Source: Chlorobiota bacterium
Lineage (GTDB): Bacteria > Bacteroidota > Ignavibacteria > OLB7
Assembly (NCBI GenBank): GCA_016788565.1
Contig: JAEUSP010000064.1
Location: 289-64,288 of the forward strand
Direction: 5' to 3'
Length of the DNA: 64,000 bases
Numbering within the stretch: the stretch's first letter is position 1; each line of letters begins with the position of its first letter. A program made the translations under genes and the position numbers. Positions 36,428 through 45,434 of this stretch are shown in pieces. The notes below the pieces were generated by a model, which ran no database searches, had not been told where the DNA came from, and saw only the letters and a list, made by a program, of their open reading frames with translations.

Positions 36428-38401
36428 ATGAGCACCACTGAAACCACACTAACCACCAACGACATTCCCCTACACCGGCTACGCGAAATTGAGCGGATGT
36501 CGGTACGGGCATGGAATGTTTGCCAGAACAACAACCTCACCACGCTATCGGCATTGCTTCACCACTACCAGGCTCACGGAACGTTTGCCAAGTTCCGCCA
36601 CGCGGGCCGCCTAACCGAAACTGAGCTTATCAACATCTGCCGCAAATACTTGCAGGAAGCGAATGTTCAGCGATTGCAGAGCATCCAGAAAAAATTAGAT
36701 CGGCTTGATCTGAACGTCCCATCGCCCGATTGGTCCCTGTGGTCCCAGACTGACCTGACCAGCCTGAACAACGAACTGCACCAGCGGATTGAAAATTTCT
36801 CGACGGGGGCGAAAGACTTACTGCGGTTTATTGTTCCACCAGTGCACGCCAACATCCGCGCTTTTGATGACTATGTTAGCGCGCTTCAGCAGAAAGTGGG
36901 GTTCACCCCAGCCGACAAATTGACCTTGCAAGAACTGCAAGCAGCAAGGGCTGAGGTCATTCAGTTATCAAAGCAGTTCAGCACCTTTTTACCGGAGGAG
37001 GAATCGTTCCAGCAATTCGCCACACTCTGGCGCGAGCGTTTCGGGTTTACGGCAGAGGAGTTATCGGGCTATCGCCAGGCCTTTATTGCACGGCAATTTC
37101 CGCTATTCCATTTTTTGAACGACCTGCTGTTTGTGCGTGGCAAGGGGTTGCCCGATCACATCCAGAAAACGATGACAGGCCGCTACTCATTCCGGTTAGG
37201 CGACCAGCAACGGCAACTGGAAAGCATTGCCAATGAAGTTGGATTAACACGCGAACGGATTCGCCAGATTGCGGGAACAATCCCCGGGCGTATCCAAACG
37301 GTTGTTGCATCGCTTGGGCCAATAGCTGAGTACCTCTGCTACCAACCACTGTTCTACAAAGGGCGCGACCTGCTGATTATTGATGATGCCTACGCCCAAT
37401 ATGTCAATGCCAGCGAAAGCGTCTCCTTCACCCCAGCGTTCATCGCGGTTGTTCTGGAGACGTTCTTGAAGGAACATTACGACCGGTTGGAAGAAGACTT
37501 CGACGGAGCCACCGACTACTTGGTAAGCAGCGAACTTACCGAGGCGTTTGACTTCGACGCATTTTTGCGGCGGATGGCCGAGCGGCTGGAGCAACGAATA
37601 ACCCAGCCATATAAACTGAACTTGATGCAAGAGGTTGAAGCGAATCTGAAAACTGCTTCGCGGCTTCAGTTGCGGCGGGTGGTTGCTGTCTGCGAACTGT
37701 TGGCAGGTAAGGAGTTTGGGCTTGCGGCAACCGCTGCTGGCGAAATACTGTTCCAGCGGAACACAAAAAAGCGGCTGGATGAGCATATCGCTGATTTGTT
37801 GTTAGAGGTTGGGACCCCGCTGCATGTGGAAGAATTATCGGCACGATTGAACCAAGCGTTCCCCGAGCTGGAAACCACTCCCGAATCTGTACGCGGCACA
37901 ATGCTGCGGTTCCCCGAACGCTTTGCCCGATACAACACCGGCAGCACCTACGGCCTTAGCGAATGGGAAACAGCGGGGGAAGGGCTTAAAAGAGGGACGT
38001 TTGCTGATATTGCCGAAGAATTTTTAGCAGCAAGCGATTGCCCCCGCCATTGGACCGATATTGCCCAGCATGTGATGCGATACCGCACAACAACCGAGCG
38101 GACAGTGTTCGGCACCCTGAAAGCCGACATGACGGGGCGGTTCCATTTTTACAATGGTGGGATGGTGGGATTATCGCAAAAGCAGTACGAAGGGATTGAC
38201 ACAAACTACCGCGTGATTGGCGGCCCCACCTACCAGAATTTGCGCACAGTCATTCAGGATATGGGGGGGAATGTGGAGACTTCCAAGTTGGTGGTCTATT
38301 GTATGCTCCATTATCGCCTGCCGGAGCAGCAAGCAGTGCATTTTGTCCATCGCGTTTTGGCGGGGGATCGGCAAGAATCTGAGGCGGGGGTGGAGAGTTA
38401 G
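36428..38401 (+). CDS. Hypothetical 657-aa protein with an N-terminal RNA-polymerase alphaCTD-like HhH domain and an internal sigma-70 region-4-like HTH; putative transcription-associated regulator
   Basis: 'LREIERMSVRAWNVCQNNNLTTLSALL....FAKFRHAGRLTETELINI' resembles alphaCTD ('[23 protein letters not shown]...LGKKSLTEIKDV'). 'LESIANEVGLTRERIRQIAG' resembles the sigma region 4.2 core 'VTRERIRQIE'. Confidence 0.5.
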   Translation: MSTTETTLTTNDIPLHRLREIERMSVRAWNVCQNNNLTTLSALLHHYQAHGTFAKFRHAGRLTETELINICRKYLQEANVQRLQSIQKKLDRLDLNVPSPDWSLWSQTDLTSLNNELHQRIENFSTGAKDLLRFIVPPVHANIRAFDDYVSALQQKVGFTPADKLTLQELQAARAEVIQLSKQFSTFLPEEESFQQFATLWRERFGFTAEELSGYRQAFIARQFPLFHFLNDLLFVRGKGLPDHIQKTMTGRYSFRLGDQQRQLESIANEVGLTRERIRQIAGTIPGRIQTVVASLGPIAEYLCYQPLFYKGRDLLIIDDAYAQYVNASESVSFTPAFIAVVLETFLKEHYDRLEEDFDGATDYLVSSELTEAFDFDAFLRRMAERLEQRITQPYKLNLMQEVEANLKTASRLQLRRVVAVCELLAGKEFGLAATAAGEILFQRNTKKRLDEHIADLLLEVGTPLHVEELSARLNQAFPELETTPESVRGTMLRFPERFARYNTGSTYGLSEWETAGEGLKRGTFADIAEEFLAASDCPRHWTDIAQHVMRYRTTTERTVFGTLKADMTGRFHFYNGGMVGLSQKQYEGIDTNYRVIGGPTYQNLRTVIQDMGGNVETSKLVVYCMLHYRLPEQQAVHFVHRVLAGDRQESEAGVES

Positions 38402-38482
38402 GGAGACGGATTATTTGGAGATTTCGGAATTTGCATCAGCAACAGCAATGCCATGGTGGTGATTGTGGAGTTGGTGTAAGCA

Positions 38483-38522
38483 CAAAAAAAAGCCAGCACA
38501 CTTTTGTCTGCTGGCTTTTGTT
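38483..38522. terminator. Bidirectional rho-independent terminator
   Basis: 'aaaaaaaagccagca' and 'tgctggcttttgtt' flank a 'cacttttgtc' loop. An A-run lies upstream and a T-run downstream, between convergent genes. Confidence 0.6.
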
Positions 38523-38545
38523 AACGTAGGATTTTGCATTCTACG

Positions 38546-39280
38546 TCAATCAATCTTTGCTTGTTCTATTACTCGGTCATCAATAATCGCATTGTTGGTT
38601 TTTAAATCAGCATCATTCATTCCTGTTGCCAGTATTCTCAATTTTATTTTGACTTGCTTATCTGTGAATTTGCTATTGCTTCTGGCGCGGATCAGAATGT
38701 TCTTTTGTTCGTTAAACTTCACCGTTGAGTCTTGATTCTTGAAGTCAAAATGAATCTTCGCTAATGTGCTTAGAGTTGCAAATGTTGGAGGGAAAAGGGC
38801 GTAAGTCAAAGGAAAGTCTTCCTGATTTTCAGAATCAGGAACTAAGCTAACAACAACGGATAGCATACCTCCATTAGGTGAGTTTGGGGATGTTAGATTC
38901 TTTGCATAGTACGTCCCTGACACATCCAAATTCATTGATAAAGTGTCATCAATACTGAGTTGAAATGGCTGGCTATAGCAATAAAAAATTTCTGGATTTT
39001 TTTTATGATGAATAAGCTGAGGTTCAATTGGTATGGACTGCTGAACACCAGAAGAAGTAGTAATCACAACAGAGCCTACTTCTGTTGTGAAATTGAATTT
39101 TACCTCTTTTTTATCAAAGAAGTGATGGTATGCTCCTGCTACTGTCACTCCATTTGTAAATTTTGTAGAAGTAGTCTGACCGAAGCAAAGGGTCACTCCT
39201 AAAAATATAGAAGCAACGCTCACGATGGAGCAAAGAGTTGTTTTCATTGATCGTTCAGTTGTGTTTTGAAGATTCATCAC
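38546..39280 (-). CDS. Hypothetical secreted protein (AT-rich island; paralog of 39277..39990)
   Basis: Signal peptide. Local GC is roughly 38%. It shares 'VQ(Q/R)SI..(E/Q)P', 'F(Y/S)(C/W)YS(Q/E)PF(Q/E)L', 'SG(T/S)YY' and 'KI(K/R)LR(I/L)' blocks with the adjacent gene. Confidence 0.6.
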   Translation of the reverse strand: MMNLQNTTERSMKTTLCSIVSVASIFLGVTLCFGQTTSTKFTNGVTVAGAYHHFFDKKEVKFNFTTEVGSVVITTSSGVQQSIPIEPQLIHHKKNPEIFYCYSQPFQLSIDDTLSMNLDVSGTYYAKNLTSPNSPNGGMLSVVVSLVPDSENQEDFPLTYALFPPTFATLSTLAKIHFDFKNQDSTVKFNEQKNILIRARSNSKFTDKQVKIKLRILATGMNDADLKTNNAIIDDRVIEQAKID

Positions 39281-39990
39281 TGCAAATCTTCATCTACTTT
39301 GTTGTCAGTATGAAATGGGTTTACGTTCTGAATTTTCAAATCGGAAGTGTGTATTTTGCTGGAATACACGCCTAAGCGAAGCCTAATTTTTTTAGAAGAA
39401 AGGCCTTTTCTCATTTTTGAATTATCTATAACAATAGGCTTTGTTTGATTGAATGCTATTGGTTGTGCATTGTGAAACTTCACAACATATTCTTCCCTAG
39501 TGCTCAAAACATGATCTTGCTGAGTTTCACTACTTTTACGTAGGGGATTGTCTTCGATTAAGTTGACATAAACAAGAAACTCATCTCCGTTCAAAATATC
39601 TGAAGATTTAGGGAGTGTACTGGTGTTGTAGTAGCTTCCCAAAATGTGCATATCAGCCTTAACGGTGTCAGTAGTGAATAATTCAAATGGCTCACTATAC
39701 CAATAGGAAAGCTCTGAATCTGTACTTCCAACAGGTTTAGGCTCTGGCTGCATTGTGATGGAGCGTTGTACTCCATCAGGGCTTGCTATTTGAATTTTTC
39801 CAAATTCAATCTCAAATGTGAATGTACAGTTCTTTGTACTATGTTCCCCTTTTATTAAAAGGCTATTAGCAATCTCCTTGCTTGTGGTATTTATACCAGT
39901 ATTGCCACTTACCCCGAGTACCAGAAAAATGGCCGGTATAAAACTGAGTAATTGTTGGAATTGGGGGAACGTCTGCATGGTAATCCGCAA
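39277..39990 (-). CDS. Hypothetical secreted protein (AT-rich island; tandem paralog)
   Basis: Signal peptide (IFLVLGVSG). It overlaps the downstream paralog by 4 bp and has the same conserved blocks. Confidence 0.6.
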   Translation of the reverse strand: MRITMQTFPQFQQLLSFIPAIFLVLGVSGNTGINTTSKEIANSLLIKGEHSTKNCTFTFEIEFGKIQIASPDGVQRSITMQPEPKPVGSTDSELSYWYSEPFELFTTDTVKADMHILGSYYNTSTLPKSSDILNGDEFLVYVNLIEDNPLRKSSETQQDHVLSTREEYVVKFHNAQPIAFNQTKPIVIDNSKMRKGLSSKKIRLRLGVYSSKIHTSDLKIQNVNPFHTDNKVDEDLQ

Positions 39991-40267
39991 TGATGAAATG
40001 ATTGATGGACAGTGTTGGGTTCATCTCGTAGCGCAAAGGTAATATAAAAGCAATCATACAACAGTGCTTGATAGATATTTCGGTTTTGGCGGGAGAGCAG
40101 CAAGAATCTGAGGCGGGGGCGGAATAAGCCAGCCAACAATTCGGGCGCGGGGCCAGCTGGCTCCGCGCCCGATTCCCACAATGCCGGACCGGATTGTTCC
40201 GGCATCATACTGCCGCACAACGTGGCGCGGCCATTGGATGTTAGCGGCCAGGGGTGGCCGCTATCTG

Positions 40268-40783
40268 TTAGTTCCGCAGCGTAACTGGGGCGGAGGTTTT
40301 CTCGGTGTTCAGCCGGTAGAACCACTCCCCTGCTGGCATTTTGCTGGCATCGAATTTCACGGTGTGGTCGCCGGCGTTCAACACGCCATCGTAGGCCGTG
40401 GCAATGTACCGCCCGTTGGCATCCACCAGCGTCACCGTCACCCGCGAACGCTCATCAATGTGGACGCTGACGCTTGCTTGCTCATGCTGGCTAACCGGCT
40501 TGGTGCTGACTTTGTAGAACCATTCTCCGGCAGGCAGCGTTGCTCCGTCGAACGCGATGGTGTGATCTCCAGCATCTAAAATCCCATCATGGACGGTCGC
40601 GATCTCCTTCCCCTGTGCGTCGGTGATTATCACCCGAACATCCGAGCGTTCCTCCACCGAGACATAAACAACTTCTTTGCCAGCCCCTTTGGCGGCTGTG
40701 TTTGCTTGTGCATAGCCCGGTGCGGTGCTTGCAACGGTGGCCGATAGCAACAGCATCGGCAGTAGTAGTTTCGAAAATTTCAT
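40268..40783 (-). CDS. Small secreted protein made of two tandem T9SS-CTD/FlgD-Ig-like ~57-aa repeats and no other domain
   Basis: Signal peptide (LLPMLLLSATVASTAPGYAQA). The repeats are 'VRVIITDAQGKEIATVHDGILDAGDHTIAFDGATLPAGEWFYKV' and 'VTVTLVDANGRYIATAYDGVLNAGDHTVKFDASKMPAGEWFYRL'. Confidence 0.6.
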   Translation of the reverse strand: MKFSKLLLPMLLLSATVASTAPGYAQANTAAKGAGKEVVYVSVEERSDVRVIITDAQGKEIATVHDGILDAGDHTIAFDGATLPAGEWFYKVSTKPVSQHEQASVSVHIDERSRVTVTLVDANGRYIATAYDGVLNAGDHTVKFDASKMPAGEWFYRLNTEKTSAPVTLRN

Positions 40784-40959
40784 AGCAATCCTCTCCCTGG
40801 TTAAAAGGCTGTGGTTAGTGAAAACGGTGGTTAATGAATTCGCTGGGTGCGGGCGGCCCTACGCCAGCAGCATAGGTGGGTTGCAGAAGGCCGCAGAAAA
40901 AAAAATTAAGCAAGAATGGAGTGGGTGGGAAGAACAACGGGGGATCAGCATGAGGGGAG

Positions 40960-41270
40960 GGCCGGGGCAGTGGTCAGTGGTCAGTGGTCAGTAGTCAGTG
41001 GTGGGTGGTTGGTTTCCGACTTTGGCTTCATTTCACTTTTCGCTTGGGTGAGGGCCGGCGGTGAAAGCGGCTTGGTTCGGTGGCTCACGCTCATACTTCG
41101 ACGGGGCTCAGCATGAGCGGAGGGCGGGATTCGGTGGCCTCATCTCTCACCTCTATTTCCTACTTCCTTAGTCAGTAGTCATTAGTCATTGGTCATTAGT
41201 GAGTTTCCGGCTTTGGCTTCATTTCACTCTTCACACTTCACACTTCACTCTTCGCTTGGAAGCAGCTTGG
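40960..41270. repeat. Composite intergenic element: module A run (40969-41005), module B ('ttcatttcacttttcgcttgg'), module C copy 5 (41073-41135), a second module A run (41168-41205) and a second module B (41215-41262)
   Basis: Direct matches to the 36.0-36.3 kb and 6.6-6.8 kb elements. Confidence 0.8.
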
Positions 41271-41274
41271 TTCG

Positions 41275-43530
41275 TCAGAACCTCACATCAATCTGCACGG
41301 CTATCGAGCTGCTGAGTTGGCCGTTGATTTCTTGCAGGCTGCCTTCGCTGATTACTGTGCGGTCGCGGTACCAGGTCTCGCCATACTTGGCCGCGATTGT
41401 TCCCCACACGGTTGGCGACCACTGCGCAAACAGATATACCCGTTGCCCTTGGCCGTACAGCGCAAGGTTGGAGAATTTTCCCGCGACATCTTGCTCGAAC
41501 TCACGCAGGGCAACGTCAAAATTATCGGCATTGAACAGGGCGATGCGCCCGCCAAACGATAGCCCCGTGGTTGGCCGCCAGCGCAGATCCAGAAAGGTGA
41601 GTACGCCGTTAGCCGCTGGGCGGAGCGTGGTATACCCCACATACTTCCGCTCGAACCGCGCACGCAGCTGCACGCGCCCACCAACCGAAGCGTAGCCCGC
41701 CTCAATTCTTCCCGATGCTGTGGTTTTGTCGAACAATGCGCGGGGGGCGCGTCCGGGCGCGTCGGATGGTGTCGTCGCATCGCCTTTCACCTCCTGCTGG
41801 AATCGGCAGGAGAGGCTGAACCGCGGGGAGAGCGACCAATCGAATTGCAGCATCCCGTCGGCCCCGCTGATGGGGAAGGGGATGGAGTAGCTTCGTTGCG
41901 GGAAACGGTACAGGTCGAAGTATGCCGAAAAAATCCCCTGCGGAATCACCGGAACTTTCACCCCAATGTAGATTCCCCGCTCGTTCTGCTGCTGGCGCGC
42001 GGATTCCCCAAACCCGATGCCATGCGGCGTGTAAAATCCCGGATCAACGTTGCGCCCGGCAATCACAATCGCGGCGTTGTCAATGGTTCCACCAATTCCT
42101 GCAATCATCCCGATGTTGGCGTTCGCCCCGTGCGCGGCTTCGCCAAACAGGTAGAAATCCCCGAACAAATAGCGTCCATCCAAACTAAAAAGCTGGAAAT
42201 TTTGGCCGGAGAAATCGTACGGGAGATCGGGCTGGATTGCGACGCTGTACCGAGCATCGTAGCCGGTGATCCCAACGTGTCCTTGCTCAAACCCGTACCG
42301 TGCCGAAGCTCCAACCACCCGCTCGTCCAGCCCGCCGCTGCGGCGCAGCTCGGTGCGGGTGCGGTGGTAGCCGTCGGTTCGGATGGAAGTGACCTCCTCG
42401 GCAAGCGTATCCCCCCCAGCATTTGGGAATTGGCCAAACCCCGGCTGGCCAAACAGAGCATCGAACGAGCGATACGAGCCGAACACGCTTCCGCTGAACC
42501 CTTTGCGGGCGCGCCCCGATTCGTTGAAGCTGACGGCGCCGCCACGGAAAAACGCCACCTCACCCGATGAGCGGTACGGGGTGATCCCACGCCCGGCTTT
42601 GAACGGAGCATCAATCACCGCACCATTTTTTGCCCCGCCAAAGCTGCTCCAGAGTGCCAAGCCTTGCCCGTACTCGGCGGTGAAATCGCCAACTATCAAC
42701 CGAACTGGCCCAACCGTTGCCGTCCCGCTTCCGCTGATGAATGTTCCCAGCTTCTGCTCAACGGAGCCGGCCGGCTGGGCCGGGTCCACAAGCTCGTAGT
42801 TGGCGTAGCTGCGCGCAACCGTGTCGCTGAACATGAACGGCTCGCCAGCATCTTTCTCGAACGTGAGGTTCAGCTCGTTATCGCCGTACTTCAGGTTCAA
42901 TCGGGTCAGCAGCGCGTCGCGGGGTCCAAGGTAGGAAGGGCCAAGTGAGATGGTGTCCACCGCAAGCGAATCGCCGGTTGCGGGGTCGCGGCGGGTGACA
43001 CGGCGGAACAGGTCATCGCCATATCCACGGCGCGGCTGAAGGTCGCGGAACCACGAAGAACGGATATCAACCTGCAGCGGAAGGCCGGGGTGGTCAAGCT
43101 CACTCATTGGCCGGGCAAGCGTGGTGTAGGTTCGCAGCATCAGCCATTGTTGTGCCGATAGCAACGCCGGCAGCTCCTCCTCAAACTGCTCGAACTCTAC
43201 CGGGTTCAGGCTATCCACAGCGGTCAGGATTGCCACAGCATCGGGGAGTGTGATCCCGGGAAGCCGCGTCAGAATATCGGCAGTGGTGGTGTACAGGTTG
43301 ATCGGGTTGTGGCGGTAGTGTTCTAACTCATCCAAAAAATCTGGGGCACTGCTCTCCTCCTCGCTGGCCGACTCTACCGTGCGTTCAATCTCAATTTCTA
43401 ATCCATCCGGAACCCCTTCATCGGCCTGGGCCAGCGCTTGATTGCACAGGCAGGCAATCAACAGTATGGCGCACAGCCCATGCTTCACCACTGGGAAAAT
43501 AGATGCAGGGAAAATAGATTCGGCTACCAT
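41275..43530 (-). CDS. Predicted outer-membrane beta-barrel protein with an N-terminal HhH-like segment
   Basis: Signal peptide (ILLIACLCNQALAQ). 'ILTRLPGITLPDAVAIL' is helix-hairpin-helix-like. The long barrel region ends in a terminal Phe ('VQIDVRF'). The start was chosen at the internal Met (MVAESIF...) to minimise overlap with the upstream gene. Confidence 0.5.
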   Translation of the reverse strand: MVAESIFPASIFPVVKHGLCAILLIACLCNQALAQADEGVPDGLEIEIERTVESASEEESSAPDFLDELEHYRHNPINLYTTTADILTRLPGITLPDAVAILTAVDSLNPVEFEQFEEELPALLSAQQWLMLRTYTTLARPMSELDHPGLPLQVDIRSSWFRDLQPRRGYGDDLFRRVTRRDPATGDSLAVDTISLGPSYLGPRDALLTRLNLKYGDNELNLTFEKDAGEPFMFSDTVARSYANYELVDPAQPAGSVEQKLGTFISGSGTATVGPVRLIVGDFTAEYGQGLALWSSFGGAKNGAVIDAPFKAGRGITPYRSSGEVAFFRGGAVSFNESGRARKGFSGSVFGSYRSFDALFGQPGFGQFPNAGGDTLAEEVTSIRTDGYHRTRTELRRSGGLDERVVGASARYGFEQGHVGITGYDARYSVAIQPDLPYDFSGQNFQLFSLDGRYLFGDFYLFGEAAHGANANIGMIAGIGGTIDNAAIVIAGRNVDPGFYTPHGIGFGESARQQQNERGIYIGVKVPVIPQGIFSAYFDLYRFPQRSYSIPFPISGADGMLQFDWSLSPRFSLSCRFQQEVKGDATTPSDAPGRAPRALFDKTTASGRIEAGYASVGGRVQLRARFERKYVGYTTLRPAANGVLTFLDLRWRPTTGLSFGGRIALFNADNFDVALREFEQDVAGKFSNLALYGQGQRVYLFAQWSPTVWGTIAAKYGETWYRDRTVISEGSLQEINGQLSSSIAVQIDVRF

Positions 43531-44303
43531 GCCACCCCCACGCCAACCGAGTGCCGCAGCCCCAGCGGATCCACCCACGCGCCCCCATACTCCACCATGA
43601 AATCACTGAAGCGATAGCCAAACCCCAGCGCAAGGTTTGTGGGATAATGCCCAACCCCGCCACGCACCACCAGCTCCGGCAGCAGCCACGTAGAAAACCC
43701 CAACGAGGTGGTGATGGAGTGCCCAACTTGGTTGCTCATATCAACCGAGAGTGTGGTGGATTTGGAAAGATCGAACGCAAAACCAAACGCCAGTGTTTGG
43801 GGAAGAGGTTCATCGGCAAGCTCGGCCCGGGTGATGTTGGTTGCCGCGCCCCCGATGCGGATACCAGCTGCCGGGCGCGCCAGCACGCCAACATCAACCG
43901 TTGGCGCGGTGGCCGAACCGTAGCCATCCACGCTGACGGAGTTCAACCAGACGGCGGCCCCCACGGTGATAAACCAATCAGGCTGGAAGGCGACCATCCC
44001 GCCGCCCTGAACTTGCCGGTACGATGCAGCGCTCAACCCCTGGATACTTACCCCGATGCTGAGTGCCGAATCAATCGGCAATGTGGCAACCGCGCCGCCG
44101 TCAACATAGCTGGTGATGCCAAGTGAGGAAGGGGAAGCACTGGCATACGCCCGCCGCCCAACCGTTCCAACCAGTGCTGGGTTCAATCGGGCAAACGGAA
44201 GCTCGCCCGCGCGCGCAACCCCGGCTCCCGAAAGTGCGGTTTCGGCAGGGCCAGGCGCGATTGATGATTGAGCAAGGGCTATCTTGCCAGCAAGAAACAA
44301 CAT
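43524..44303 (-). CDS. PorP/SprF-like T9SS-associated outer-membrane protein (tentative)
   Basis: ~260 aa with signal peptide (MLFLAGKIALAQSS). N-terminal 'LPFARLNPALVG' resembles the PorP/SprF 'FSQY..NP..LNPA' motif. The C-terminal residue is aromatic ('GVGVAW'). The upstream 243 codons of the 502-aa ORF were rejected as overlap artefact. Confidence 0.4.
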   Translation of the reverse strand: MLFLAGKIALAQSSIAPGPAETALSGAGVARAGELPFARLNPALVGTVGRRAYASASPSSLGITSYVDGGAVATLPIDSALSIGVSIQGLSAASYRQVQGGGMVAFQPDWFITVGAAVWLNSVSVDGYGSATAPTVDVGVLARPAAGIRIGGAATNITRAELADEPLPQTLAFGFAFDLSKSTTLSVDMSNQVGHSITTSLGFSTWLLPELVVRGGVGHYPTNLALGFGYRFSDFMVEYGGAWVDPLGLRHSVGVGVAW

Positions 44304-44468
44304 GGCAACAATCCACCCCTTTCTCTGGTGAGGGAGCTTCAGTAGATTCGGAGGTCGGAAATTGGGCATGAGGAAATGATGAAAAAAAAGATGGGAGGCA
44401 CGTTGGTTCAGCACCGTTGGCACTCTGGCAACAAACAACAAGACTAATCTACAAACTTCAATCTGGCA

Positions 44469-45377
44469 ATGACGCAACGCACAGCAATTTTGGGAGCATT
44501 TTTCTTGGCAACGCTTGCCTGGGGAATCATGCCCGCCGCCGCCCAGGAAATAGAAGCAACCGTAAGTGTGAACGTGGATCAGATCGCTTCGGCCGATCAA
44601 CAGGAGCTTTCCGGGTTTGCCGAGGAGATGAAACGCTACATTGATGAAATGAAATGGACAGGGGAAGATTGGAGCGGAGAAAAAGCAACGATGAACGTGA
44701 GCGTGGTGGTGACGGGCGGCGGAAATGGATACTACACTGCCAAGTTCTTGGTGGGAAGCCAGCGCAAGGTAGCGGGTTCGGGAAACCTTACGCCGATGAT
44801 GAAAGTTCTGGATGAAAACTGGGAGTTCCGCTACACCCGCAACCAGCCGTTCCAGCACGACCCCACCAGCTACGACCACCTGAGCGGCCCGATTGATTTC
44901 TACGCCTACGTTGCGCTTGGCCTTGAGCTTGACAGCCGGACGCTCTACGGCGGCAACACCATGTACGAGCGCGCCAGCGAGCTTGCCCAGCGCGCCCAAC
45001 TCCGTTCCGACAGCAAAGGCTGGACCACCCAAGCCGTCACCGGAAGCTACTCACGCGTTGGGTTTATTCGCGAGCTTACCAACGCACGGTTTGCGCCGTT
45101 GCGCGCCTTCATTTTCAACTACCACAAAAACGGGCTTGACCTTCTGGCCCAGAATCGCGCCGCCGCGCTTGACTCGGTCAACAACCACCTTACCAGCCTT
45201 GTGTTTGCGATTGATAAATTAGTGGAATCCAGCACCATCGTCCGTGTGCTGAACGACACCAAATACCGCGAGTATGCCGAGTTATTCGCCGGCTCGCGCG
45301 ACCCAATGGTCTGGCGGAAACTGATGTTCATTGACCCCATCCACCAAGCGATTTATGAGGAAGCGAAGAATAAGTGA
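44469..45377 (+). CDS. Hypothetical secreted protein
   Basis: Signal peptide (ILGAFFLATLAWGIMPAAAQE). No recognised catalytic motif. Confidence 0.55.
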   Translation: MTQRTAILGAFFLATLAWGIMPAAAQEIEATVSVNVDQIASADQQELSGFAEEMKRYIDEMKWTGEDWSGEKATMNVSVVVTGGGNGYYTAKFLVGSQRKVAGSGNLTPMMKVLDENWEFRYTRNQPFQHDPTSYDHLSGPIDFYAYVALGLELDSRTLYGGNTMYERASELAQRAQLRSDSKGWTTQAVTGSYSRVGFIRELTNARFAPLRAFIFNYHKNGLDLLAQNRAAALDSVNNHLTSLVFAIDKLVESSTIVRVLNDTKYREYAELFAGSRDPMVWRKLMFIDPIHQAIYEEAKNK

Positions 45378-45434
45378 GTTGGGAAAATTTTCTGCGGCTA
45401 TCCAAAATGATTTCTGGCACCGAGAAGAACAACA

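Noticed and set aside
44304-45032. N-terminal 243 codons of the 502-aa ORF 43524..45032
   Set aside because: The segment is Arg/His-rich with no signal peptide and would bury the following gene's promoter. An internal Met at 44303 gives a clean signal peptide plus PorP/SprF-like mature protein, so the start was moved.
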